Assembly (NCBI GenBank): GCA_021775755.1
Contig: JAJFHE010000013.1
Span: 48,950 to 112,949, forward strand
Reading direction: 5' to 3'
DNA: 64,000 nt
Source: Hyphomicrobiales bacterium
Lineage (GTDB): Bacteria > Pseudomonadota > Alphaproteobacteria > Rhizobiales > JAJFHB01
The notes under the pieces are model-generated. The model was not told the DNA's origin and searched no databases. It saw only the letters and a list, made by a program, of their open reading frames with translations. Each line of letters opens with the position of its first letter. Within the stretch, counting starts at the first letter, position 1. The translations under genes and the position numbers were made by a program. This document shows, piece by piece, positions 27,420-36,025 of this stretch.

Positions 27420-29706
27420 CGTGCTGGACGACCCGGCCAAGATACAATCCAAGCGTTTGGCGGAGACACGCAAGAGCCTGCGAAAGGCAGAAATGCTGCT
27501 GGAAGCTTCGCGCAAAATTGCGTCGTTCGATAACCTGGACGATGCGCTGGAGGCGCTTGTCGAGCTTATCTCGAAGGAATTGGACGCCGAACGCAGCAGC
27601 CTGTTTCTGAACGATACCCTGACCGGGGAGCTTTACTCGCGCATTGCGCAGAAAACCCTGTCGCGTGAAATCCGTATGTTGAACAACGTTGGAATCGCCG
27701 GTGCGGTTTTCCAAAGCGGCACCGGTGAAATCATTCCCGACCCCTATGCGGACGCACGCTTCAATTCAGATGTCGATGAGCAAACCGGTTTCACCACCCG
27801 GTCCATCGTTTGTGCGCCGGTGAAAACGGCGGCGGGTGAAGTGATCGGTGTTACCCAGGCACTGAACAAGAAAAAGGGGAAATTCGGACAAGACGATCTG
27901 GAGCTTCTCGAAGCGATTGCGGCGCAAGCCGCCGTAACCCTGCAGAGCAAGCAGTTTGTTGAGCGGATGGAGAAGAACCGCGCACAGGAGATTGAGTTCC
28001 TCAACATTGTTTCAGACGTCACATCCGAACTGGAACTTGGCAGCTTGCTCACCAAAGTCATGGGTGAGGCGACGCGCATGCTGAATGCTGAGCGCTCGAC
28101 CCTGTTTCTCAACGATGAAAAGACGAACGAGCTGTTTTCGCGTGTAGCCATGGGCGATGCATTGGGCGAGATCCGGCTGCCCAATCATTTGGGCATAGCG
28201 GGCGCGGTCTTCACGTCGGGACAGACGGTCAGCATTCCATATGCCTATGCGGACCTTCGGTTCAATCCGGCATTCGACAAGCAGACCGGGTTCTTCACCC
28301 GCTCCATCCTGTGTGTTCCGGTGACGAACAAAGACGGCAAGATGATCGGCGTCACGCAGGTTCTGAACAAGAAAACCGGTTCGTTCACGGACGACGATGA
28401 GGCGCGGCTTCGGGCCTTTACCGCCCAGGTCTCCATTGCTCTGGAAAACGCCAAATTGTTCGAAGATGTCCAGAGCATGAAAAACTACAATGAGAGCATG
28501 CTGGAGAGCATGTCGAACGGCGTCATCACGATGGACGAGGAAGGAAAAATCGTCACCTGCAACGGCGCCGGCATGCGCATCATGAACGTGGAACCGGCCG
28601 ACATTCTGGGCAAGCCGGCAGTCGAGTTCTTCGTAAACAAAAACGCATGGCTGCCGGACCGCATCAAAAAGGTCGAGGAACGCGGGGAAGCGGACGTGCT
28701 CATGGACGTTGAACTGGAGTTCGGCGGCGAAACAATTTCGGCCAACATCAACGTGCTGCCTCTCCTTGGCGAGAAGGCGAAGAAGCTCGGTTCGATGGTA
28801 ATGATCGAAGATATTTCATCCGAAAAACGGATGAAGTCGACCATGTCCCGCTACATCGATCCAGGCATTGCCGACCAGCTTTTGGCAGGCAGCGATGCGG
28901 AGAACTTTCTGGGTGGAAAAAGCAGCGAAATCACGGTGCTTTTCTCCGATGTTCGCAGCTTCACAACTCTAACCGAGTCGCTGGGCGCGCAAGGCACGGT
29001 GGAGATGTTGAACGAGTATTTCACCATCATGGTCGACTGCATTACCCGTGAGGGCGGCATGCTCGACAAGTTCATCGGCGACGCCATCATGGCGGGCTTC
29101 GGCATCCCGATATCCTATGACGACGATGAGGACCGCGCTGTCCGGGCGGCCATCGCCATGATTGTGGAACTTTGGGAGTGGAACAAGCACCGCGAGGCAC
29201 AAAACAAGCTGGCGATCGACCACGGTGTGGGGCTTAACACGGGGCTTGTCGTCTCCGGTAACATCGGTTCGCCGAAACGCATGGACTATACGATGATAGG
29301 CGATGGAGTGAACCTTGCCGCACGGCTGGAGTCGGCTTGCAAGCAATACTCGGCCCGCATTTTGATCAGCGAATTCACGCGCGCGAAGCTGAAGGGGACT
29401 TACCGGTTGCGCGACGTTGACATGGTGGTGGTGAAGGGCAAGACCGAGCCGGTCAAGATTTTTGAAGTGCTCGATTATCACACGCCGGAAACCTTTCCAA
29501 ACCTGATGGACGGCGTTGGATATTTCAACGATGCGATCCAGCATTATCGCGCCGGTGAGTGGGATAAATCCGTTGCAAAGTTTTCCGAGGCCCTGACGGC
29601 TAATCCGGGCGACGAACTGGTAAATACCTATATCGCCCGCTGCGAACAGCTGCGGGCTAGTCCGCCAAAAGACTGGGACGGTGTCTGGGTTATGACTTCG
29701 AAATAA
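27409..29706 (+). CDS. GAF-GAF-PAS sensor class III adenylate/guanylate cyclase with C-terminal TPR-like tail
   Basis: Two GAF-like blocks (…FLNDTLTGELYSR…GIAGAVFQSG…CAPV and …FLNDEKTNELFSR…GIAGAVFTSG…CVPV), PAS (MLESMSNGVITMDEEGKIVTCN), cyclase motifs (ITVLFSDVRSFTTL…KFIGDAIMAGFG…GLNTGLVVSGNIGS…DYTMIGDGVNLAARLE). Confidence 0.8.
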   Translation: MASDVLDDPAKIQSKRLAETRKSLRKAEMLLEASRKIASFDNLDDALEALVELISKELDAERSSLFLNDTLTGELYSRIAQKTLSREIRMLNNVGIAGAVFQSGTGEIIPDPYADARFNSDVDEQTGFTTRSIVCAPVKTAAGEVIGVTQALNKKKGKFGQDDLELLEAIAAQAAVTLQSKQFVERMEKNRAQEIEFLNIVSDVTSELELGSLLTKVMGEATRMLNAERSTLFLNDEKTNELFSRVAMGDALGEIRLPNHLGIAGAVFTSGQTVSIPYAYADLRFNPAFDKQTGFFTRSILCVPVTNKDGKMIGVTQVLNKKTGSFTDDDEARLRAFTAQVSIALENAKLFEDVQSMKNYNESMLESMSNGVITMDEEGKIVTCNGAGMRIMNVEPADILGKPAVEFFVNKNAWLPDRIKKVEERGEADVLMDVELEFGGETISANINVLPLLGEKAKKLGSMVMIEDISSEKRMKSTMSRYIDPGIADQLLAGSDAENFLGGKSSEITVLFSDVRSFTTLTESLGAQGTVEMLNEYFTIMVDCITREGGMLDKFIGDAIMAGFGIPISYDDDEDRAVRAAIAMIVELWEWNKHREAQNKLAIDHGVGLNTGLVVSGNIGSPKRMDYTMIGDGVNLAARLESACKQYSARILISEFTRAKLKGTYRLRDVDMVVVKGKTEPVKIFEVLDYHTPETFPNLMDGVGYFNDAIQHYRAGEWDKSVAKFSEALTANPGDELVNTYIARCEQLRASPPKDWDGVWVMTSK

Positions 29707-29751
29707 GGCCCGCAACGGCAATGTCGACTTCTTCGGTTTTTCGGAACCGCT

Positions 29752-30519
29752 CTAGAAGGCGATGTTTGAAACGAGCCGGCAGGCCTTGCATTGGAAATCG
29801 AATATCGGAGCAATCGGTTCGTCCAGTAGCCATGCGCCGCCGCAGGACGGGCAGGGGCGTTTGCTTTCATTGTCGTGTGTCCGTCGTGTGCCGCTTGCGC
29901 GGTAGAGATAGTAATACGTTGGAGTGCCGGTGCGTTCCTCGATCTCCCGGCAAAGCTCACGCCCTCGCCGCGCCAGCGAGCTCTCATGATCCGACATCTG
30001 CGCAATGCCGAACCGTTCGCCGGTACGGCAGTTCATCTGCAGTGTGTCACAGGCCTTGTAATCGTCGTTCCAGATCAACAGTTCGTAGTGTTCATCGTGG
30101 TCCGACGCCGGCAGGGAGTAAAGCGGGATGACGCCGAAGCAGTCGAGGCACTTTACCGGCGGTGCCGACGACAGGTAGTCCGTCTTCAGGACAAAGGCGG
30201 AGCTTTTTTTGCAGGCGCAAGGGCACCAGCCTTCGACGTCCCTTCCCTTGAGTACAAGAGAGGGCTTCCCGACGCCTTGTGATTTCAGTTCCCGAAGCGC
30301 CTTTTTTACCCACTTGTTTGCATGACGTTTGTCGAGTGAGCGTTTCTCGGGAATGGTCAGCCATGCGCGCAACCGGCCTTTGGATGTGAGATGAAGGTCG
30401 GCGAAGGTGTTTGCCTGGCCACTTTTTACCCAGGCTCCCAGCAGGGTGTATATGGCTTGCTCGGCCTTTTTCCGACCGCCCTTTTCGGGAATGTTGAATG
30501 ACACTTGCGCGAGATACAT
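29752..30519 (-). CDS. Cys-rich Zn-ribbon protein (possibly DUF2310-like)
   Basis: 255 aa with paired Cys clusters (CPCAC, CLDC, CPSCGGAW, CKAC); basic N-terminal half; family assignment from memory only. Confidence 0.45.
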   Translation of the reverse strand: MYLAQVSFNIPEKGGRKKAEQAIYTLLGAWVKSGQANTFADLHLTSKGRLRAWLTIPEKRSLDKRHANKWVKKALRELKSQGVGKPSLVLKGRDVEGWCPCACKKSSAFVLKTDYLSSAPPVKCLDCFGVIPLYSLPASDHDEHYELLIWNDDYKACDTLQMNCRTGERFGIAQMSDHESSLARRGRELCREIEERTGTPTYYYLYRASGTRRTHDNESKRPCPSCGGAWLLDEPIAPIFDFQCKACRLVSNIAF

Positions 30520-30839
30520 ATCGATCCTTAACCCGTTGGCGGCGTTTGTCTTTTCATCTTAGCGCCTGAACGGTCCCAATGCGAGTGTTAGGCAGGCAGC
30601 CGCCCGCCGCCGGTGGCTGGGTGGGCGCGTGGTTGATTGTGACATTATTGCATCACTAAAATGCTGCGCCGCACCATTGCTGCCCGGCGCCGCTTTTTCG
30701 CCCCATTCCGGCTTATAACGCCGCACCCCGGATCGACTACCGGTCCGAGCCCCAGCGGGTGGAGTTCTGTATGCTCCCCTGGCGCGGCGGCCCTCTGGGT
30801 CGTTTTCCGTGTGCCGTGGGCCGGACGGGTGCGGTTTGG

Positions 30840-30912
30840 GTGCGCATAGCTCAATTGGTAGAGCTCTGGCCTCTAAAGCCAGTGGGTGCGGGTTCGATTC
30901 CCGCTGCTACTA
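30840..30912 (+). tRNA. tRNA-like element (tRNA-Trp-like body, anticodon loop CUCUAAA = CUA; acceptor stem not base-paired) - probable tRNA pseudogene / integration-site remnant
   Basis: Canonical D-arm TAGCTCAATTGGTAGAGC, anticodon stem CTGGC/GCCAG, T-arm GCGGGTTCGATTCCCGC; but 5' GTGCGCA vs 3' TGCTACT cannot pair; no CCA. Confidence 0.45.
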
Positions 30913-30993
30913 CGCGATATGCCCAGAGGTTGGGCGACAGATTGCAAATCTGTTGGCAGATAGCTTGTGAGGTTCGATTCCTCAATCGCTCCA
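30913..30993 (+). tRNA. Second tRNA-like element abutting the first (GCA anticodon, 14-nt variable region, T-arm, 3' ...TCCA; acceptor pairs only 5/7)
   Basis: D-arm GCCCAGAGGTTGGGC, anticodon arm ACAGA-TTGCAAA-TCTGT, T-arm TGAGGTTCGATTCCTCA, 3' ATCGCTCCA; 5' ACGCGAT mismatched at first two pairs. Confidence 0.35.
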
Positions 30994-31425
30994 ATTCGGC
31001 CTTCCATGCCGAACCAGATTGGAAATCTGGCGATATCAATTGGGCGCCCCGGAGTGTGCCCGGCAATGCACCGGCAGAAATTTTCCGCAAGTGCGGAGGG
31101 TGTGGCGGGTGCGGCGCCGCGAGCGGGACGCTCAGCGTCCGTGCATGAGGGGGCAACCGCGACACGGCGCCCAGGCGCCGGCTCGATGCCGTATCCTGCC
31201 CGAGCACGAAGTTTCGTGTTCAGGCGGAGCGGAGGAGCGCCGGTGCCCCGGCCCATTTGTCCCGGGCGTCCCCGGCACGGATCCGCGGTCCGTTCGTTCA
31301 CGGCCGCTCCGGGGCGCCTCTATGAGGCGCCGATGCGCAATGTGACGATGAGTGAAACTGAAACTTGAGAAAGGAAGACAAACGCCATGCGAGAGCGCTG
31401 ACGATTTGTGTGAAAGGAGAAGAAC

Positions 31426-32575
31426 AATGACCCAAGTAAGAAACAGACTGATGACTGCCCGCATCACCGTTCCGGTGAACGAGCGCGCGATCGTGCTCAG
31501 AGACGGGAAGATCGTCGACATTCTCCGGCCGGGCCGGCATAGAGTGCGCAAGGGATCCACGGGTGTGGATGCCGTTGTCTGCAATATCCTGCACCCCAAA
31601 TTCGTCAGCGACCTGGATCAGGTCCTGTTCCGTGATCACGAAGACCTGGCACGCGAGCACCTCACCGAGGTGCGCACGGGGGCCGATGAAGTCGCGGTGA
31701 TCTTCCGCGATGGCCGCCCCTTCGATGTGCTCGGCACCGATGGCCGCGTCGTTCTGTTCACCGATGCGGGACCGTTCACGGTTGAACGGTTCGACATCGC
31801 GGAAACGCCGGAAGTGCCCGCGCGTCTTGTGAAGAACGCGGCGCGCCTCGACGGCGCGGAGCGGATCATCCGGCGGTTTGTCGTGGACGAAGGCCAGACG
31901 GGCCTGCTGTTCGTTAACGGCGTTTTCGACCGGCGGATTGAGCCTGGTCTGCACGCCTTCTTCGACGGCAACCGGACGGTCGCCGTACGCAACATAGATC
32001 TCCGGCACCGTGCGCTTGAGGTGAACGGTCAGGAGGTGCTGACGAAGGACCGGGTGACCATCCGCGTCAATCTCGTCGCCGAGTTCCGGGTCGTCGATCC
32101 GGTCAAGGCGGTGAGCGTGACGACTGACTTCGCCGAAGCCCTGCACAGAGCGCTGCAGCTTGCCTTCCGCAAGTCCCTCGGCACCAAGACGCTCGATGCA
32201 ATCCTTGCAGAAAAGGTGACCGTCGACGCCGAGGCCGCCGAAAGGGTGCGCACGGAGATGGCGAAGATCGGCATCGAGGTGGCGGAGATCGCGGTCAAGG
32301 ACGTGATTCTGCCGGGCGAGATGCGCGACATCCTGAACCGGGTGGTGCAGGCGGAGAAGGAGGCTCAGGCCAATGTCATCCGCCGGCGCGAAGAGACCGC
32401 GGCAACGCGTTCCCTGCTGAACACGGCCAAGATCATGGCGGAGAACCCGATCATGCTGCGGCTGAAGGAGCTGGAGGCGCTTGAAACGATCGCCGGGCGT
32501 GTCGACCACCTGGCCATCCACAACGGCACGCAGGGCCTGATGCAGGACCTTGTGAACCTGCGCGAGACGGCGTGA
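31426..32575 (+). CDS. SPFH/band-7 domain protein (slipin-like)
   Basis: ATG 31426 with AAAGGAGAAG RBS, in frame of ORF 31352..32575; band-7 core (…RVNLVAEFRVVDPVKAV…QLAFRKSLGTKTLDAILAEKVTVDAEAAERVR…) and C-terminal coiled coil. Confidence 0.7.
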
Positions 32576-32604
32576 CGCACACCGTCAGGCGCATCAACAA
32601 ATGA

Positions 32605-32640
32605 GGCCGCCCTTCCGGCAAGGAAGGGCGGCCTTTATTT
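32605..32640. terminator. Rho-independent terminator shared by the two convergent flanking genes
   Basis: GGCCGCCCTTCC-ggcaa-GGAAGGGCGGCC perfect 12-bp stem followed by TTTATTT; abuts stop codons of SPFH gene (+) and SRPBCC gene (-). Confidence 0.8.
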
Positions 32641-33144
32641 CTAAGTGTTCTCCGCCTGCAGTTCCGAAAGCAGATCGTCCATGATGGCATAGCCGCTTCC
32701 CCAGCCGCGGCCGAAATTGTCCATGGCGCCGGCGAAGCAGGCAATCTCGGCATCGGTTGCTTCAAGGGGAAGCCATGTCAGGCGCACATTCGTCTTTGCG
32801 CCCGATGCTTCGAAAGTCACGGTCGTAAGCAGTGTCCGCGGCCAGTCCGGCATCATCGGGTTGGAAACGATGTTCCAATTGCGATCGGTCGAGGAGTGGT
32901 GCCATACCAGCTTTTCTTCCGGTGCGATTTCCTGGAAGAGGGCTTTGCTCAGATCGGACTTGTCGCCCCATTTCATCTCGTTGAGCCACACTCCGCCGGG
33001 CTTCAGGTCGAATTCGTGAATAATCGTCTCGACGCCCGGTCCGTACCAGCGGGCCAGCAGTTCGGGGTCCGTCCACGCGCGCCACACCAAAGCACGAGGG
33101 GCGTCGAACTCTCTGTCGAGAACATATTCGGGAACTTCACTCAT
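32641..33144 (-). CDS. SRPBCC-family protein (AHSA1 / activator-of-Hsp90-ATPase-like)
   Basis: 167 aa; LDREFDAPRALVWRAWTDPELLARWYGP N-terminus typical of AHSA1/polyketide-cyclase-like SRPBCC proteins. Confidence 0.6.
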   Translation of the reverse strand: MSEVPEYVLDREFDAPRALVWRAWTDPELLARWYGPGVETIIHEFDLKPGGVWLNEMKWGDKSDLSKALFQEIAPEEKLVWHHSSTDRNWNIVSNPMMPDWPRTLLTTVTFEASGAKTNVRLTWLPLEATDAEIACFAGAMDNFGRGWGSGYAIMDDLLSELQAENT

Positions 33145-33508
33145 GGTCTTTTTCCTCTGCTACACCGCGTTTCATTCGGGTCAGGACGTCGTCCAACTGA
33201 TCGAAACTCTTTCCCCAGAAGGCTTCGAATTCGGCTAGCCAGTCAACCGCCGCCACCATGTTCTCCGCCTTCAACCTTGCGGGGCGGCGCTGTTCGTCAA
33301 TGCCGCGTTCAATTAGCCCCGCTCGCTCAAGCACCTTCAGGTGCCTTGAGACGGCCGGCTGGCTGATTTCAAACGGCTCGGCAATCTCGTTCACCGAAGC
33401 CTGACCATCCGCCAGGCGCGATAGAATGGCGCGCCGGGTGGGGTCGGCGAGTGCTGCAAATACAGCATCGAGATTTGGTGGCGATTTTATATAACTCAAT
33501 TGTTCCAT
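33137..33508 (-). CDS. ArsR/SmtB-family transcriptional regulator
   Basis: FAALADPTRRAILSRLADGQASVNEIAEPFEISQPAVSRHLKVLERAGLI wHTH; overlaps SRPBCC gene by 8 nt. Confidence 0.8.
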   Translation of the reverse strand: MEQLSYIKSPPNLDAVFAALADPTRRAILSRLADGQASVNEIAEPFEISQPAVSRHLKVLERAGLIERGIDEQRRPARLKAENMVAAVDWLAEFEAFWGKSFDQLDDVLTRMKRGVAEEKDHE

Positions 33509-33669
33509 AACATATGTGTTATATTATCTTTCACCGGTGTCAACGTAATTCTTTCCGTGTTTGGGCCGAAGTAAGTTTGAGCGAGAAACAAGTGCTTTCC
33601 GCTGCGTGGCTTCATGGACAGTTCCGGCGGTGCGCGGTTAGACTGTGGTGCCTCGCGGAGTCGGGAACG

Positions 33670-34842
33670 ATGAATAACCACCACCATGAACTCGACCGCA
33701 TTCTGTCGGCGCTCAGCGAGGCTAATGCGCATGAGTTTGAGGCCGCCCGACCGATGCCGGGCTCAGTCTATCATTCGGTGCGTGTCCACGAACGAGAAAT
33801 GCAAAATCTGTTCCGGCGCGAGTGGATGTGTCTTGGCCGGAGCTGCGACCTGGCTGGCGAGGGCGATTATGTGGCCGACCGGGTCGCCGGCGTGCCGGTG
33901 CTTGCGGTGCGCCAGGCCAACGGTTCGCTCAAGGCTTTCCTCAACGCCTGCGCCCACCGCTTCGCCCAGATCGCCGTGGAGGGAAACGGCAGCCGCCGAC
34001 TTTTCGTCTGTCCCTATCACGCCTGGACATACGATGCTGCCGGAGTTCTCGTTCGCGCACCGCACATGGAGGACTTGGAAAACTTCGATGAATCGACGCA
34101 CGGACTGCGCGAAATCCATGTCGAGGAATGGCAGGGCTTTGTCTATGTATCGCTCGCGCCAGTGCGGCCTTCACCTCTCAACGCGCGGTTGACTCAGCTT
34201 ACCGATGAAGTGGTTGGACGCTATGATATGGCGCGTTACCAAACCGTCATTCGCGACACCATGCCGGTGGCAGCGAACTGGAAGAACATGATCGAAAACT
34301 TTATCGAGAGTTATCATGTGTTCGTCGTGCATGCCGCAACCTTTGCCACCGATGGCAAGATGCCGACCGACTATGTGTGCGGGCCGGACATGGCCTGGGC
34401 GACGTGCCACTGGGGCACGCGGACGGGCGGTGAGGGGCGAAGCATCGCCCATGCGTCGAACACCGCGCTTGAAGGTGACTGGCGCCGCACAACGGTCGTT
34501 GTGTGCGTTTTCCCCAACCATCTGATCACGCTGGCTCCTGACTACCTATGGTCGGTTACTGTGAAGCCTGACGGCGTCGGTGCAATGCAGGCCGACTGGT
34601 CGGTGGCGGTGCCGCCGGAGGTTCTCGGCGACGTTGGCGATGCGGGCCGCGCGGCGTGGCTTGCGCAACTTCGCGGCTTCATGGATGCCGCTAACGATGA
34701 AGACAAGCCGGTCATCGAAGCGCTGCATCGCGGTACCGCGATGACGCCCGGCGCCGGCCGCTATCATCCTATCGAACGTAACCTTTGGAACTTCGCTTGC
34801 TATCTTGAGCGGATGTTCAAATCCGATACGGAGGCGACGTGA
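33670..34842 (+). CDS. Rieske [2Fe-2S] aromatic-ring-hydroxylating oxygenase alpha subunit (N-methyl/quaternary-amine demethylase-like)
   Basis: Rieske motif CAHRF...CPYHAW; mononuclear iron region ESYHVFVVH; ATG 33670 (MNNHHHELD) within ORF 33514..34842. Confidence 0.7.
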   Translation: MNNHHHELDRILSALSEANAHEFEAARPMPGSVYHSVRVHEREMQNLFRREWMCLGRSCDLAGEGDYVADRVAGVPVLAVRQANGSLKAFLNACAHRFAQIAVEGNGSRRLFVCPYHAWTYDAAGVLVRAPHMEDLENFDESTHGLREIHVEEWQGFVYVSLAPVRPSPLNARLTQLTDEVVGRYDMARYQTVIRDTMPVAANWKNMIENFIESYHVFVVHAATFATDGKMPTDYVCGPDMAWATCHWGTRTGGEGRSIAHASNTALEGDWRRTTVVVCVFPNHLITLAPDYLWSVTVKPDGVGAMQADWSVAVPPEVLGDVGDAGRAAWLAQLRGFMDAANDEDKPVIEALHRGTAMTPGAGRYHPIERNLWNFACYLERMFKSDTEAT

Positions 34843-35756
34843 GCAACAGCATTGAAGTGCCGGAGTTCGACTCGAGGAGCCCCATCCCCTATATGGCGCG
34901 CACTCGGTCGTATTACTCAGCGCTCGGTTACGGCGCGCCCTATACGTGGGCGCATTTTGATGATGTGCCGTTCCATCGCCTGTCGAAACGGCTCGATGCG
35001 AGCTGTGTCGCGCTGGTCACGACCGCGGCGCTCTATCAACCCGACAAGGGCAATCAGGGGCCGGGCGCAACCTACAATGCGGATGCCAAGTTCTACGACG
35101 TCTACGCGCACCCTGCCGAAGGGGCGCCGGATGTGCGCATTTCGCACATTGCCTACGACCGCGATCACACCCATGCGCGTGATGCGCGTACATGGTTTCC
35201 GCTTGATGCCCTGAAGGCGGTTGCGGCGGCTGGCGATATCGGTGCCCTGTCTCCGAGGTTTTTCGGGCTGCCGACGAACCGCAGCCGTAAGACCACCCTC
35301 ATGCAGGATTGCCCGCGGCTGCTTGAGCTGCTGCGGGAAGACGGGTTGGATGCGGCGGTTATCGTGCCCAACTGTCCGGTCTGTCATCAGTCGGCAAGCC
35401 TGGCGGCGCGGCATCTTGAGGCAAACGGTATTGCGACGGTGGTAATGGGGTGCGCAAAGGACATTGTCGAGCATGCGGGTGTGCCGCGGTTTCTGTTTTC
35501 CGATTTTCCGCTGGGTAACGCGGCAGGCCGTCCGGACGATACGGCATCTCAGTCTTTCACGCTCGACCTGGCGCTCAAGCTTCTCGTTGCCGCACCGGGC
35601 CCGCGAACCACGACCCAGTCGCCGCTCATGTGGTCTGACAATGAAAGTTGGAAACTCGACTACTGCAATATCGAGCGCCTCTCCAGCGAAGAGCTTTCAC
35701 GCCGCCGCAAGGCGTTCGATGAGAGTAAGCGAGTGGCAAAGTTGAAGCGCGTGTGA
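34839..35756 (+). CDS. Hypothetical protein with CPVCHQS CxxC motif (possibly glycine/betaine reductase protein-B-like fold)
   Basis: 305 aa, start GTG overlapping Rieske stop (GTGA); family assignment tentative. Confidence 0.4.
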   Translation: MSNSIEVPEFDSRSPIPYMARTRSYYSALGYGAPYTWAHFDDVPFHRLSKRLDASCVALVTTAALYQPDKGNQGPGATYNADAKFYDVYAHPAEGAPDVRISHIAYDRDHTHARDARTWFPLDALKAVAAAGDIGALSPRFFGLPTNRSRKTTLMQDCPRLLELLREDGLDAAVIVPNCPVCHQSASLAARHLEANGIATVVMGCAKDIVEHAGVPRFLFSDFPLGNAAGRPDDTASQSFTLDLALKLLVAAPGPRTTTQSPLMWSDNESWKLDYCNIERLSSEELSRRRKAFDESKRVAKLKRV

Positions 35757-36025
35757 GCGGCGGAGTAAATTGCCTGCGCCGACCAAACGATGCCCAGACC
35801 CCCGGTATCTCGGGAGTGATGATGGCAAATTCCGCCAATTGGTGTCCGCCCGCTCATACCCCGGCCGCGGACGCTGATGAAACCTGCACAAACAGTAATT
35901 GCATGAGCGACATTCACAAATGACAGTTGCGTGATGTCCGCCGCTCGCCGGTATTGACTTTCCGGTTCGCCTGTCGGAGATGTGCGCGCCTCATGACGCC
36001 GTTTGAAAGTCCGGGAAGCCGATCA

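Noticed and set aside
30920-31400. Possible two-piece (permuted) alphaproteobacterial tmRNA next to the tRNA-like elements
   Set aside because: Although a T-arm/...TCCA and a GGGGGCAACCGCGACACGG segment are present, no resume codon followed by an ANDN...AA-type tag reading frame could be found on either strand.
31298-32521. 407-aa minus-strand ORF antisense to the SPFH gene
   Set aside because: Same locus has a convincing band-7 protein with RBS on the plus strand; antisense product has no features.
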